Part shown: in pieces, positions 46,061 to 54,181 of the stretch
Position numbering within the stretch: position 1 is the stretch's first letter
Layout: every line of letters begins with the position of its first letter
Origin: Acetobacteraceae bacterium
Lineage (GTDB): Bacteria; Pseudomonadota; Alphaproteobacteria; Acetobacterales; Acetobacteraceae
NCBI GenBank assembly: GCA_027483995.1
Contig: JAIXTK010000116.1
Location: 1-54,181, forward strand
DNA: 54,181 bases
Direction of reading: 5' to 3'
Notes under the pieces: model-generated
The model's input: the letters and a program-made list of their open reading frames with translations, nothing else
Databases searched by the model: none
Told to the model about the DNA's origin: nothing
Program-made: the position numbers and the translations under genes

Positions 46061-46206
46061 GGCCGCGTTCTCCTCAACCTGTCTGCAAGTGGCCCCAGCA
46101 ACACCCTGATGCATCTGCGCCGCTGGCGGGCCAGCCTTGCAGGTGCGACGATGCCATAGACAGCGGCAGGCAGTACCCTGCCTTGATGCATCGCAAGGAG
46201 ACACCG

Positions 46207-46404
46207 ATGGCCCGGTTCACGGTTCCCGACATGACCTGCGGCGGCTGCGTGAAGGCCATCACCGGCGCCGTGCAGCGCCTGGACCCCAAGGCGACGGTGA
46301 AGACCGACCTGGAGACGCATCTGGTGGAGATCGACTCCACCCAGCCGGCAGCCGCGCTGATGGACGCGATCGACGCTGCCGGCTTCACCCCGAAGGCCGC
46401 CTGA
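46207..46404 (+). CDS. copZ: heavy-metal-associated domain protein (CopZ-like chaperone)
   Basis: ORF 46183..46404, starting at ATG 46207 after AAGGAGA. MTCGGCV metal-binding motif. Confidence 0.8.
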   Translation: MARFTVPDMTCGGCVKAITGAVQRLDPKATVKTDLETHLVEIDSTQPAAALMDAIDAAGFTPKAA

Positions 46405-46407
46405 CCC

Positions 46408-47592
46408 ATGACGGGCGGACCGCTGGCCGGATTGCGGGTGATCGACCTCACCCAGGTGGTGCTGGGCCCGATGGGCACGCAGATCCTGGGCGATGCCGGC
46501 GCCGATGTGGTGAAGGTGGAGCCCCCGGCCGGGGACATGACCCGCTTCATCGGCCCGCGCCGCAGCGAGGGCATGGCGGCCTATTTCGCCAACCTCAACC
46601 GCAACAAGCGCAGCGTGGTGCTGGACCTGAAGCGCCCGGCGGCGCACGCAGCGCTGATGCGGCTGGTGGAAGGGGCGGATGTGTTCGTGCACAACATGCG
46701 CCTTTCGGCCGCAGCCCGGCTCGGGCTCGACTACGAGAGCCTCGCGAAGGTGAACCCGCGCATCATCCACGCCTGCGCCACCGGCTTCCGCCCCGGCAGC
46801 AGCCGGGAGGAAGACCCGGCCTATGACGACATCATCCAGGGCATGGGCGGGCTTGCCCATCTCAACGGCCGTGGCGCCCAGGCGGATGGGCCGCGCTACG
46901 TGCCCAGCGTGCTGGCGGACAAGCTGACCGGCCATGTGCTCGCCAGTTCCATCGCCATGGCGCTGTACGCCCGCGAACGCATAGGGCACGGCCAGGCGGT
47001 GCATGTGCCGATGATGGACACGCTGGTGAGCTTCCTGCTGCCGGAGCACATGTGGGGCCATTCCATCGGCCAGCCGGAACTCGGCATCGGCTACCCCCGC
47101 ATGCTCACGCCGGATCGCCGCCCCTTCGCCACCAAGGACGGTTTCATGTGCGTGATGGTCGCCACCCACGCGCAATGGACCCGGCTGTTCGCCCTGTTTG
47201 GCCAGGCGGCGCTGATGCAAGACCCGCGCTTCGCCACCGGCAGTGCGCGCTCAGACAATATCGAAGCCGCCTACGCCATCGTCACGGAAGGCATGAAGCA
47301 GCGCACCAACGCCGAATGGCTGGTGCTGCTGCGCGAGGCCGACCTGCCGCATGGCCCCGCCAACTCGCTGGAAGACCTGCTGGCCGACGACTACCTGAAC
47401 GAGATCGGCTTCTTTCCGCGCATGGCCCATCCCACCGAGGGCGAGATGACGCTGGTGGGCATCCCCGTAAGCTACCACGGCACCCCCGCCAGCATCCGCC
47501 GCCTCGCCCCGCATCTGGGCGAACACACGCGCGAGGTGCTGGAGCAGGCAGGCCTCGCCGCAGCCGAGATCGAAGCGGCCATGGCCACATGA
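46408..47592 (+). CDS. family III CoA-transferase (CaiB/BaiF)
   Basis: ORF 46408..47592. N-terminal GLRVIDLTQVVLGPMGTQILGDAGADVVKVEPP is typical of the family. Confidence 0.85.
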   Translation: MTGGPLAGLRVIDLTQVVLGPMGTQILGDAGADVVKVEPPAGDMTRFIGPRRSEGMAAYFANLNRNKRSVVLDLKRPAAHAALMRLVEGADVFVHNMRLSAAARLGLDYESLAKVNPRIIHACATGFRPGSSREEDPAYDDIIQGMGGLAHLNGRGAQADGPRYVPSVLADKLTGHVLASSIAMALYARERIGHGQAVHVPMMDTLVSFLLPEHMWGHSIGQPELGIGYPRMLTPDRRPFATKDGFMCVMVATHAQWTRLFALFGQAALMQDPRFATGSARSDNIEAAYAIVTEGMKQRTNAEWLVLLREADLPHGPANSLEDLLADDYLNEIGFFPRMAHPTEGEMTLVGIPVSYHGTPASIRRLAPHLGEHTREVLEQAGLAAAEIEAAMAT

Positions 47593-48350
47593 ACCGCCGC
47601 GCCCTGCTGGCCGCCGGTGCGCTCGCCCTGGCCGGCGCCGCCCCTGCCCCGCGCGCCCCGCTCGCGGCCACGCCGCTGTCGCGCATGGATGCGAAATGGT
47701 GGGCCGAGCGCCACGCCGCCAAGCTGCGCGAGCTGAAGGCCGGGCGCGTGGACCTGCTGTGGATCGGCGATTCCATCACGCAGGATTGGGAGAAATCCGG
47801 CCCGCCCGCCTGGCAGGATTTCGCGCCGGTGTGGCAGCGCTACTACGGCGGCCGCCACGCGGTGAATTTGGGCTTCAAGGGTGATGCCACCGCCCACCTG
47901 CTCTGGCGCCTGCGCAATGGCCAGCTCACCCAGGCCAAGGGGGCCGTTCTGCTGATCGGCGCCAACAATTTCGGCCGGCTGCGCTGGAGCGTGGAGGATT
48001 CGCTGAAAGGCCACGATGCCTGCGTGGCCGAAATCCGCCGCCAGTTGCCCAAGCTGGTGGTCATCTCCGTGCTGCCCAGCGACCGCGGCGACTGGACCAG
48101 GGAGGCCACGCGCGGCATGAACGCCGGCCTCGCCCAGCGCTACGCCGGCGGGAAAGTGCCGGGGATCGCCTATGTGGACGCCACGCCGCTGTTCGAACGC
48201 AACGGCGAGATCGACCGCGACCAGTTCTACGACAAGCTGCTGCGCCCGCCCGAACCTTCCATCCACCCCACCGCCCAGGCCCATGCCCGCCTCGCTGCGT
48301 TGATCGAGCCGCAGGTGGCCGCCATGCTGGGCGACAGGACACGGAGCTGA
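47589..48350 (+). CDS. SGNH/GDSL hydrolase-type esterase with signal peptide
   Basis: Inside ORF 47052..48350. ATG 47589 overlaps the upstream stop (ATGA). LWIGDSIT block I and LIGANN block III. Confidence 0.75.
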   Translation: MNRRALLAAGALALAGAAPAPRAPLAATPLSRMDAKWWAERHAAKLRELKAGRVDLLWIGDSITQDWEKSGPPAWQDFAPVWQRYYGGRHAVNLGFKGDATAHLLWRLRNGQLTQAKGAVLLIGANNFGRLRWSVEDSLKGHDACVAEIRRQLPKLVVISVLPSDRGDWTREATRGMNAGLAQRYAGGKVPGIAYVDATPLFERNGEIDRDQFYDKLLRPPEPSIHPTAQAHARLAALIEPQVAAMLGDRTRS

Positions 48351-48352
48351 CC

Positions 48353-49717
48353 ATGCCAACCATCGCCGAACAGCTGGGCGCCTATGCCGAGCATGAACTC
48401 ACCGCCCCCTTGTCGGATGAGGTGCGCCACCACACCCGCCGCGCCGTGATCGACTGGTTCGCAGCCCTGCTGCCAGGCGCCCTGCTCGACCCCGCGACGA
48501 TGCTCACCGCGGCGCTGGCCGATGAGGTCGGCCACGGCCGCGCCATCGTCTATGGCCGCAACCTGCCCGCCAGCCTGCGCGCCGCCGCGCTCATCAACGC
48601 CACCGCCAGCCACACCATCGAGTTCGACGACATCTTCCGGGACGCCGTGTATCACCCCGGCTGCCCCGTCATCGGCGCTGCCCTGGCCGCTGCGCAAGCG
48701 AAGGGCGCCACCGGCGAGCAACTGCTGCGCGCCATCGTGGTGGGCTACGAAATCTCCACCCGCATCGGCGTGGCGGTGCAGCCCTCCCACTACCGGTTCT
48801 GGCACACCACCGGCACCATCGGCACGTTCGGCGCAGCCGCCGCGGTGGCCTCCGTCCTGAAGCTGGATGCCACCCGAACCGCCCACGCCCTGGCCAATGC
48901 CGGCACCTTCGCCGCCGCCCTGCAACAGGCCTTCCGCTCCGATGCCATGAGCAAGCCGCTGCACGCCGGCCACGCCGCGGATGCCGGCGCCATGGCCGCC
49001 CTCGGCGCCGCCCAGGGCATGACCGGCGCGCTGGATGTGCTGGAAGGTGCCGCCGGCTTCGGCGCCGCGATGAGCGTGAACCCCGACTGGTCGAAAGCCA
49101 CGGACGGGCTCGGCACGCGCTACAACATCACGCAGATGACCTTCAAGAACCACGGCTGCTGCGGCCACGCCTTCGCCGCCATCGACGGCGCCCTGGCCCT
49201 GCAACGTGCCCACGGCTTCACCCACGACCAGGTGGCCCGCATCACCGTCGGCGGCTACCGCGCCACGCTGGACGTGACCGGCCGCAACCAGGTCGCCACC
49301 GCCTTCGAAGGCCGCTTCAGCACCCCCTTCACCGTTGCCACCGCCCTCGTGCACGGCAATGTCCGCCTCGCCGCCTTCGAGCCCGCCCGCCTCGCCGACC
49401 CCGACACCCAGGCGCTGATGGCGAAAACCACCGTGGTGCTGGACCCCACCTGCGACGCCGCCTTCCCCGGCGCCCGCTCCGCCATCGTCACCATCGAACT
49501 CGCCGACGGCCGCACCCTGCGCCACCACCAAACCACCCGCCACGGCGACCCGGACGACCCGCTGACCGACGCCGAACTCACCGACAAGTTCTACGAACTC
49601 ACCACGCCGGCCATCGGCCGCCCCGCTGCCGAAACCCTGCTCGCCCAGCTCTGGCAGATCGACCAACTGCCCGACACACGCCTCGCGCCGGTAACACTGG
49701 CCCGCGCGGCGGAGTGA
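48353..49717 (+). CDS. MmgE/PrpD family protein
   Basis: ORF 48353..49717. About 450 aa, with family-typical HTIEFDD and FWHTTGTIGTFGAAA. Confidence 0.85.
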   Translation: MPTIAEQLGAYAEHELTAPLSDEVRHHTRRAVIDWFAALLPGALLDPATMLTAALADEVGHGRAIVYGRNLPASLRAAALINATASHTIEFDDIFRDAVYHPGCPVIGAALAAAQAKGATGEQLLRAIVVGYEISTRIGVAVQPSHYRFWHTTGTIGTFGAAAAVASVLKLDATRTAHALANAGTFAAALQQAFRSDAMSKPLHAGHAADAGAMAALGAAQGMTGALDVLEGAAGFGAAMSVNPDWSKATDGLGTRYNITQMTFKNHGCCGHAFAAIDGALALQRAHGFTHDQVARITVGGYRATLDVTGRNQVATAFEGRFSTPFTVATALVHGNVRLAAFEPARLADPDTQALMAKTTVVLDPTCDAAFPGARSAIVTIELADGRTLRHHQTTRHGDPDDPLTDAELTDKFYELTTPAIGRPAAETLLAQLWQIDQLPDTRLAPVTLARAAE

Positions 49718-49943
49718 AGGCCGGGGGCTTCCGCCCCTGGCGCCGCATTCACCAAACGCTGCATCAAGCCAAGAGCGGCGGTTGCCGCTTTGGCTGCGTC
49801 GGGCATTCCGGTGACAAGGCCGGCCGCCTGCACGCAGACCAGCACCCCGTCCGGCCGCGGCGCCGGCACTGCGTCTCGCCACGGGTGGATTGCCGGCCCT
49901 CGATGGCTATGATCCCCGCAAACACGAACTGCCTGGAGCCACC

Positions 49944-51596
49944 ATGCTCGGACTTTTCCGGATCGCCGGCCTCGCGGCGCTCCTCTGCTGGGGTGCCGCC
50001 CCCGCCGCAGCCCAACCGCGCGACACCGTCACCATCGGCATGGCCCAGTTCCCGCCGGACATGCACCCCTACATCACCAACACCAGCATCAAGGAATACG
50101 TCGCCAACGCCGCCCGCCGGACCATGACCGGCTTCGATCGCGACGGCACCGTCATCTGCCGGATCTGCACCGAGGTGCCCTCGCTCGCCAATGGCCGCGC
50201 CAAGGTCGTCACCCGCCCGGACGGCACCCAGGGCATGGAGGTTCGCTTCACCCTCCTTCCCGACCTGTTCTGGGCCGACGGCGCGCCGGTCACCGCCCGC
50301 GACGTCGCCTTCTCCTTCGAGGTTGGCCAGGCCTTCTCCCCCTCCCCCACCGTCGACAAGGTGGAGGCCGCCTCGGCGCAGGACGTGGTCATCCACCTCA
50401 AGCGCGTGCGCTACGATTTCGACCGCTCCGCCCCCATGCCTCTGCCGGAACACATCGAGGGCCCGATCTTCCGCGGCGCCGCCAACCCGCTCGACTACGG
50501 CCAGAAATCGGCCTTCAACCGCCGCCCGGAGGAACCCGGCCTCTGGTTCGGCCCCTACCGCATCGCCCGCTTCAAGCCGAACGAATCCGTCACCCTCGTG
50601 CCCAACCCGCACTGGAAAGGCAGCAAGCCGCGCTTCCGCGAGGTGACAATGCGGCTGGTCGAGAACACCTCGGCCCTTCAGGCCAACCTCCTGTCCGGCG
50701 ATGTCGATCTCGTGGCCCCCGGCAATCTCGGCCTCACCCTTGATCAGGTGAACGCCATGTCGAAGTCGCAGGGCAGCCGCTTCGACTTCACCTTCATCCC
50801 CTCCTTCACGTCCTACGAGCACCTGGCGCTGAACCTCGACAACCCGCTGCTCGCCGATCGCCGCGTGCGCCAGGCCATGGCCATGGCGATCGACCGCAAG
50901 ACCCTTGTCGCCCGCCTGTTCGAGAACAAGCAGGACGTGGCCGACAGCTTCAAGCACCCGACCCAGTTCGGCTGGGACGACAGCGTCCGCCGCTGGCCCT
51001 ACGACCCCCGCGCCGCCCGCGCCCTGCTCGCCGAAGCCGGCTTCAAGCCGGGGCCCGACGGCATCCTGGTCAACCCCGCCGGCGAGCGCCTGTCGATCGA
51101 CCTCGTCACCACCTCGGGCAACCGCATGCGCGAGCTGGTGCAGCAGGTGCTGCAGACCCAGTACAAGGCCATCGGCATCGAGATCGTGGTGAAGAACGAG
51201 CCCGCGCGCGTGATGTTCGGCGAATCCCTGCGCAAGCGCAGCTACAAGGGCGCGGTCATGTTCATGTCCGACCCGCCGATGGACTACGTGCCGATCTACG
51301 TCTTCCACAGCGAGTGGATCCCCACCGCCGCCAACAACTGGACCGGCCAGAACTACATGGGCTTCCGCAACCCCGGCATGGACGAAGCGCTCGATGCCGC
51401 CTGGGCCGAGCTCGATCCCGCTAGGCGCAAGGCCTTGTGGAAGCGCATCCTCGACATCGCCGCCGAGGAAGTGCCGGAGGTGAACCTGTTCTTCGGCGCG
51501 CAGGCCATCGTCACGCCGAAATGGATCACCGGCGTGGTCCAGCACGAGCGCTTCGGCTCGCCCACCACCTGGATCGAGGACTGGGCGACGAAGTAA
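49944..51596 (+). CDS. ABC transporter substrate-binding protein, family 5 (peptide type)
   Basis: Inside ORF 49890..51596, starting at ATG 49944 after GGAG. Signal peptide MLGLFRIAGLAALLCWGAAPAAAQ. Confidence 0.85.
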   Translation: MLGLFRIAGLAALLCWGAAPAAAQPRDTVTIGMAQFPPDMHPYITNTSIKEYVANAARRTMTGFDRDGTVICRICTEVPSLANGRAKVVTRPDGTQGMEVRFTLLPDLFWADGAPVTARDVAFSFEVGQAFSPSPTVDKVEAASAQDVVIHLKRVRYDFDRSAPMPLPEHIEGPIFRGAANPLDYGQKSAFNRRPEEPGLWFGPYRIARFKPNESVTLVPNPHWKGSKPRFREVTMRLVENTSALQANLLSGDVDLVAPGNLGLTLDQVNAMSKSQGSRFDFTFIPSFTSYEHLALNLDNPLLADRRVRQAMAMAIDRKTLVARLFENKQDVADSFKHPTQFGWDDSVRRWPYDPRAARALLAEAGFKPGPDGILVNPAGERLSIDLVTTSGNRMRELVQQVLQTQYKAIGIEIVVKNEPARVMFGESLRKRSYKGAVMFMSDPPMDYVPIYVFHSEWIPTAANNWTGQNYMGFRNPGMDEALDAAWAELDPARRKALWKRILDIAAEEVPEVNLFFGAQAIVTPKWITGVVQHERFGSPTTWIEDWATK

Positions 51597-51605
51597 CCAA
51601 TCGCC

Positions 51606-52532
51606 CTATCGGGGATCGGTCCGCGGATCGAACGCCGTCTGCAGCCCGTCGCCCAGGAAGTTGATCGCCACCACCGAGATCAGGATCAGCAGGCCCGGAT
51701 ACACGGCCAGCGCCGGCGCCGTGGTGATCAGCTCCTGCGCATTGCTCAACATGCTGCCCCAGGACGTGCCCGGCGGCTGGATACCCACGCCCAGGAAGCT
51801 CAGCGCGGATTCCGACAGGATCACCCGCCCCATCGCCAGCGTCGTCGCCACGATCACCGGCGTGATCGCGTTCGGCAGGATATGCACCCGCAGCATCCAG
51901 AACGGGCTTGCCCCCTGCGCCCGGGCGGCGAGCACAAATTCCCGCTCGTTCAGCGCCAGCGTCGCCGCCCGCACCAGCCGCGCCACCCCGGTCCAGCCCA
52001 GCAGCACCACGATCACCACGATGCGCCAATAGCCCGCCGAGCCCGAACGGATGAACTCCTGGCTGAACCCCAGCTTCGTCAGATCCAGCGCCGCCAGGAT
52101 GATCAGCAGCGGCAGCGCCGGCAGCGAGATCATGAAATCCGTCAGCCGCATCAGGATCATGTCTGTCCGCCCGCGGAAATACCCCGCCGCAGCACCGATC
52201 AGCGTGCCGAGCATCGAGGCGCCGATCGCCCCCATCAGCCCGATCGTGAGCGACACCTGGCCACCGCGCATCAGCCGCGCCAGCTCATCCCGCCCGGCAT
52301 CGTCCGCGCCGAGCCAGTGCTTGTCCGATGGCGGATCGAAGCGCCCCAGCAGGTCGGTCTCGATCCCGCTCACATCGCGCCACTGCTCATAGAGCGGCGC
52401 CGCGAAGCTCAGCGCCATCAGCAGCGCCAGCATCGCCGCCCCCGCCAGCGCCGGCCGGTCCTGCCGCAGCCGCCGCCAGCGCAGCTGCCAGACGGAGACC
52501 GCCTCCTCCCGCATCACCGCCGAGGCGCTCAT
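51606..52532 (-). CDS. ABC transporter permease (DppC/OppC-like)
   Basis: ORF 51606..52532. Multi-TM protein with EAA-type loop EREFVLAARAQGASPFWMLRVHILPN. Confidence 0.85.
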   Translation of the reverse strand: MSASAVMREEAVSVWQLRWRRLRQDRPALAGAAMLALLMALSFAAPLYEQWRDVSGIETDLLGRFDPPSDKHWLGADDAGRDELARLMRGGQVSLTIGLMGAIGASMLGTLIGAAAGYFRGRTDMILMRLTDFMISLPALPLLIILAALDLTKLGFSQEFIRSGSAGYWRIVVIVVLLGWTGVARLVRAATLALNEREFVLAARAQGASPFWMLRVHILPNAITPVIVATTLAMGRVILSESALSFLGVGIQPPGTSWGSMLSNAQELITTAPALAVYPGLLILISVVAINFLGDGLQTAFDPRTDPR

Positions 52533-53491
52533 CGCCGCCGCCCCCCCAGCGAGATGCGCGGATCAAGCCGCGTGTAGGCAATGTCCGCCCCGATATTCGC
52601 CACCAGGATGGTCGCCGTGGTGAACAGCAGGCACACCAGGGCGAGGTTGTAGTCGTTGCCCATGATCGCCTCCAGGATCAGCCGCCCCATCCCGCGCCAG
52701 GCGAAGATGCTTTCGGTCAGCAGCGCGCCGGAGAACAGATTGCCCATGCCCAGCGCGATGATCGTCACCACGGGGATCATGGCGTTGCGCAGCGCGTGGC
52801 GCAGCACCAGCCGCGTGGGGCTCACCCCCTTGGCGCGCGCGGTGCGGATATAGTCCTGCCCCAGCACCTCGATCATCGCCGCGCGGGCATAGCGCGCGGG
52901 CCCGCCGATCTCCACGATCACCAGCGTCAGCACCGGCATCGCCAGGTGCCGCACCCAGCCCCAGGTCCCGTCCTCCGGCTTCGGCATGCCGCCCGCCGGC
53001 AGCCAGCCCAGCGTCACCGCGAACAGGTAGATCATCAGCAGCCCGAGCCAGAAGGTCGGCACCGAAATCCCGATGAACGCGAACAGGCTGATCAGCCTGT
53101 CCACCAGCGAGCCGCGCCGCAGTGCGGCGATCGTGCCCAGCGTCACCGCGATCACCGTGGCGATGGCGAATGCAATCCCGGTCAGGATGATGGTGTTGCC
53201 CAGCGCCGGCATCACGATCTCCAGCACCGGCCGATGCTGGATGCGCGAGAAGCCGAGATCGCCCTGCACCGCCGCCACGAGCCAGGTCCAGTAGCGCACC
53301 GGGATCGGCGTATCCACGCCGTAGATCTTGCGCAGATGCGCCACGTCCTCCGGCGTCGCATCCGGGTTCGCCGACAGCAGCAGGTCCAGCGGATCGCCGG
53401 GCATCAGCCCGATCAGCGCGAAGATCACGAACGACTTCACCACCAGCACCACGAAGGCCGCGGCCAGCCGGTTGCCGAGAAAACGCATCAT
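52529..53491 (-). CDS. ABC transporter permease (DppB/OppB-like)
   Basis: ORF 52529..53593, with ATGATG 53491 chosen (MMRFLGNRLAAAFVVLVV...PGDP). QDYIRTARAKGVS loop. 4-nt overlaps on both sides. Confidence 0.85.
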   Translation of the reverse strand: MMRFLGNRLAAAFVVLVVKSFVIFALIGLMPGDPLDLLLSANPDATPEDVAHLRKIYGVDTPIPVRYWTWLVAAVQGDLGFSRIQHRPVLEIVMPALGNTIILTGIAFAIATVIAVTLGTIAALRRGSLVDRLISLFAFIGISVPTFWLGLLMIYLFAVTLGWLPAGGMPKPEDGTWGWVRHLAMPVLTLVIVEIGGPARYARAAMIEVLGQDYIRTARAKGVSPTRLVLRHALRNAMIPVVTIIALGMGNLFSGALLTESIFAWRGMGRLILEAIMGNDYNLALVCLLFTTATILVANIGADIAYTRLDPRISLGGRRR

Positions 53492-54181
53492 GCGCCCACA
53501 CCCTCCGTCAGCGGATGATGGCAGGCGACGCCATGCCCCGGCCCGACCGGTCCCAAGGCCACAGATGACAGAATGGGCACATCCCGCCGGCACACATCGC
53601 TGGCCCGGGCACAGCGCGGATGGAACGCGCAGCCCGGCGGCGGCGCCATCGGGCTCGGGATGTCGCCCTGCAGCGCCCGCCCCGGCACCCGCCGCCCTGT
53701 GCCGATCCGCGGCACGCTGTCGAGCAGCGCGCGGGTGTAGGGATGGGCCGGCCGCGTGAACAGCGCGTCGCGCGGCGCCACTTCCACCACCCGGCCGAGA
53801 TACATCGCCGCCACCCGGTCGGCGAGGTGATGCACCGCCGCGAGATCGTGGCTGATCAGCAGGTAGGAAACGCCCACCCGGTCGCGCAGCTCCGCCATCA
53901 GGTTCAGGATCTGGCTCTGGATCGACACGTCGAGCGCCGAGAGCGGCTCGTCGGCGATGATCACCCGCGGCTGCGGCGCCAATGCGCGGGCGATCGCGAT
54001 GCGCTGCCGCTGCCCGCCGCTGAACTGGTGCGGATAGCGGTTGGCCGCATCTGCCGGCAGCCCCACCAGCCCCAGCAGCTCCGACACCCGCGCCCGATGC
54101 TCCGCCAGGCCGCCCAGCCGATGGATGCGCAGCGGCTCGGCGATGATGTCGAACACCGGCAGCCGCGGATCGAGCGAGCCG
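53488..54181 (-). CDS. ABC transporter ATP-binding protein (DppF/OppF-like), N-terminus outside window
   Basis: ORF 53488..54156, and the frame continues to the window end. [28 protein letters not shown]-terminal oligopeptide-type domain GCAFHPRCARA. Walker A lies beyond nt 54181. Confidence 0.85.
   Translation of the reverse strand, partial: GSLDPRLPVFDIIAEPLRIHRLGGLAEHRARVSELLGLVGLPADAANRYPHQFSGGQRQRIAIARALAPQPRVIIADEPLSALDVSIQSQILNLMAELRDRVGVSYLLISHDLAAVHHLADRVAAMYLGRVVEVAPRDALFTRPAHPYTRALLDSVPRIGTGRRVPGRALQGDIPSPMAPPPGCAFHPRCARASDVCRRDVPILSSVALGPVGPGHGVACHHPLTEGVGA

Noticed and set aside
46130-46200. MerR/CueR-type operator (a long dyad between a -35 and a -10 with a 19-nt spacer) in the copA/copZ intergenic region.
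   Set aside because: CCTTGCAGG...GCAAGG and the neighbouring sequences do not form a clean dyad at the required spacing. I could not place convincing -35/-10 hexamers around them, and no MerR-family gene is nearby.
49718-49943. A 226-bp intergenic region after the PrpD-family gene, as a possible sRNA or riboswitch locus.
   Set aside because: I see only two short GC hairpins (49721-49740 and 49774-49789, the latter followed by TT). These are compatible with weak terminators. There is no extended conserved-looking structure or recognisable motif, so nothing can be called without comparative data.

Overview
This is a strongly GC-rich chromosomal segment; third codon positions are almost always G/C. 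The gene content looks alphaproteobacterial (ELM1-family, NDUFS4-like, CoxG/D/E plus XdhC, ArfB, TadE/G); that assignment is an inference from families, not a search result. I call 55 protein-coding genes (katG and a DppF-like ATPase are cut by the window edges) and one tRNA-Pro(UGG). There is no rRNA, no CRISPR array and no transposase, integrase or phage gene. Coding content is ordinary metabolism and transport: a sugar ABC system, two peptide-type ABC systems, an iron/cobalamin-type ABC system, three PhyH/EctD-like dioxygenases, a molybdenum-hydroxylase maturation cluster, GH65 phosphorylase plus beta-phosphoglucomutase, CopA/CopZ, Coq7/DsbB and PyrE. The unusual signal is non-coding. A dispersed family of AT-rich nested-palindrome elements (about 80-160 bp) occurs 7 times, always exactly between genes. 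In every copy the outermost TAAG/CTTA supplies the TAA stop codon of a neighbouring gene, and in some copies the other end abuts or contains the next start codon. I do not recognise it as a named family, and no cognate transposase is in the window. Other observations: a second, unrelated 130-bp palindromic element that spans exactly stop-to-stop between convergent genes; a perfect 12-bp hairpin that sequesters the arfB ribosome-binding site; and a lower-GC orphan tadE/tadG-VWA islet next to a probable leaderless proline-rich ORF. Many long ORFs in the track are antisense shadow ORFs typical of high-GC DNA and were rejected. Start codons are often ambiguous; where an internal start has a better SD or gives a 1-4 nt overlap with the upstream gene, I used it and say so.
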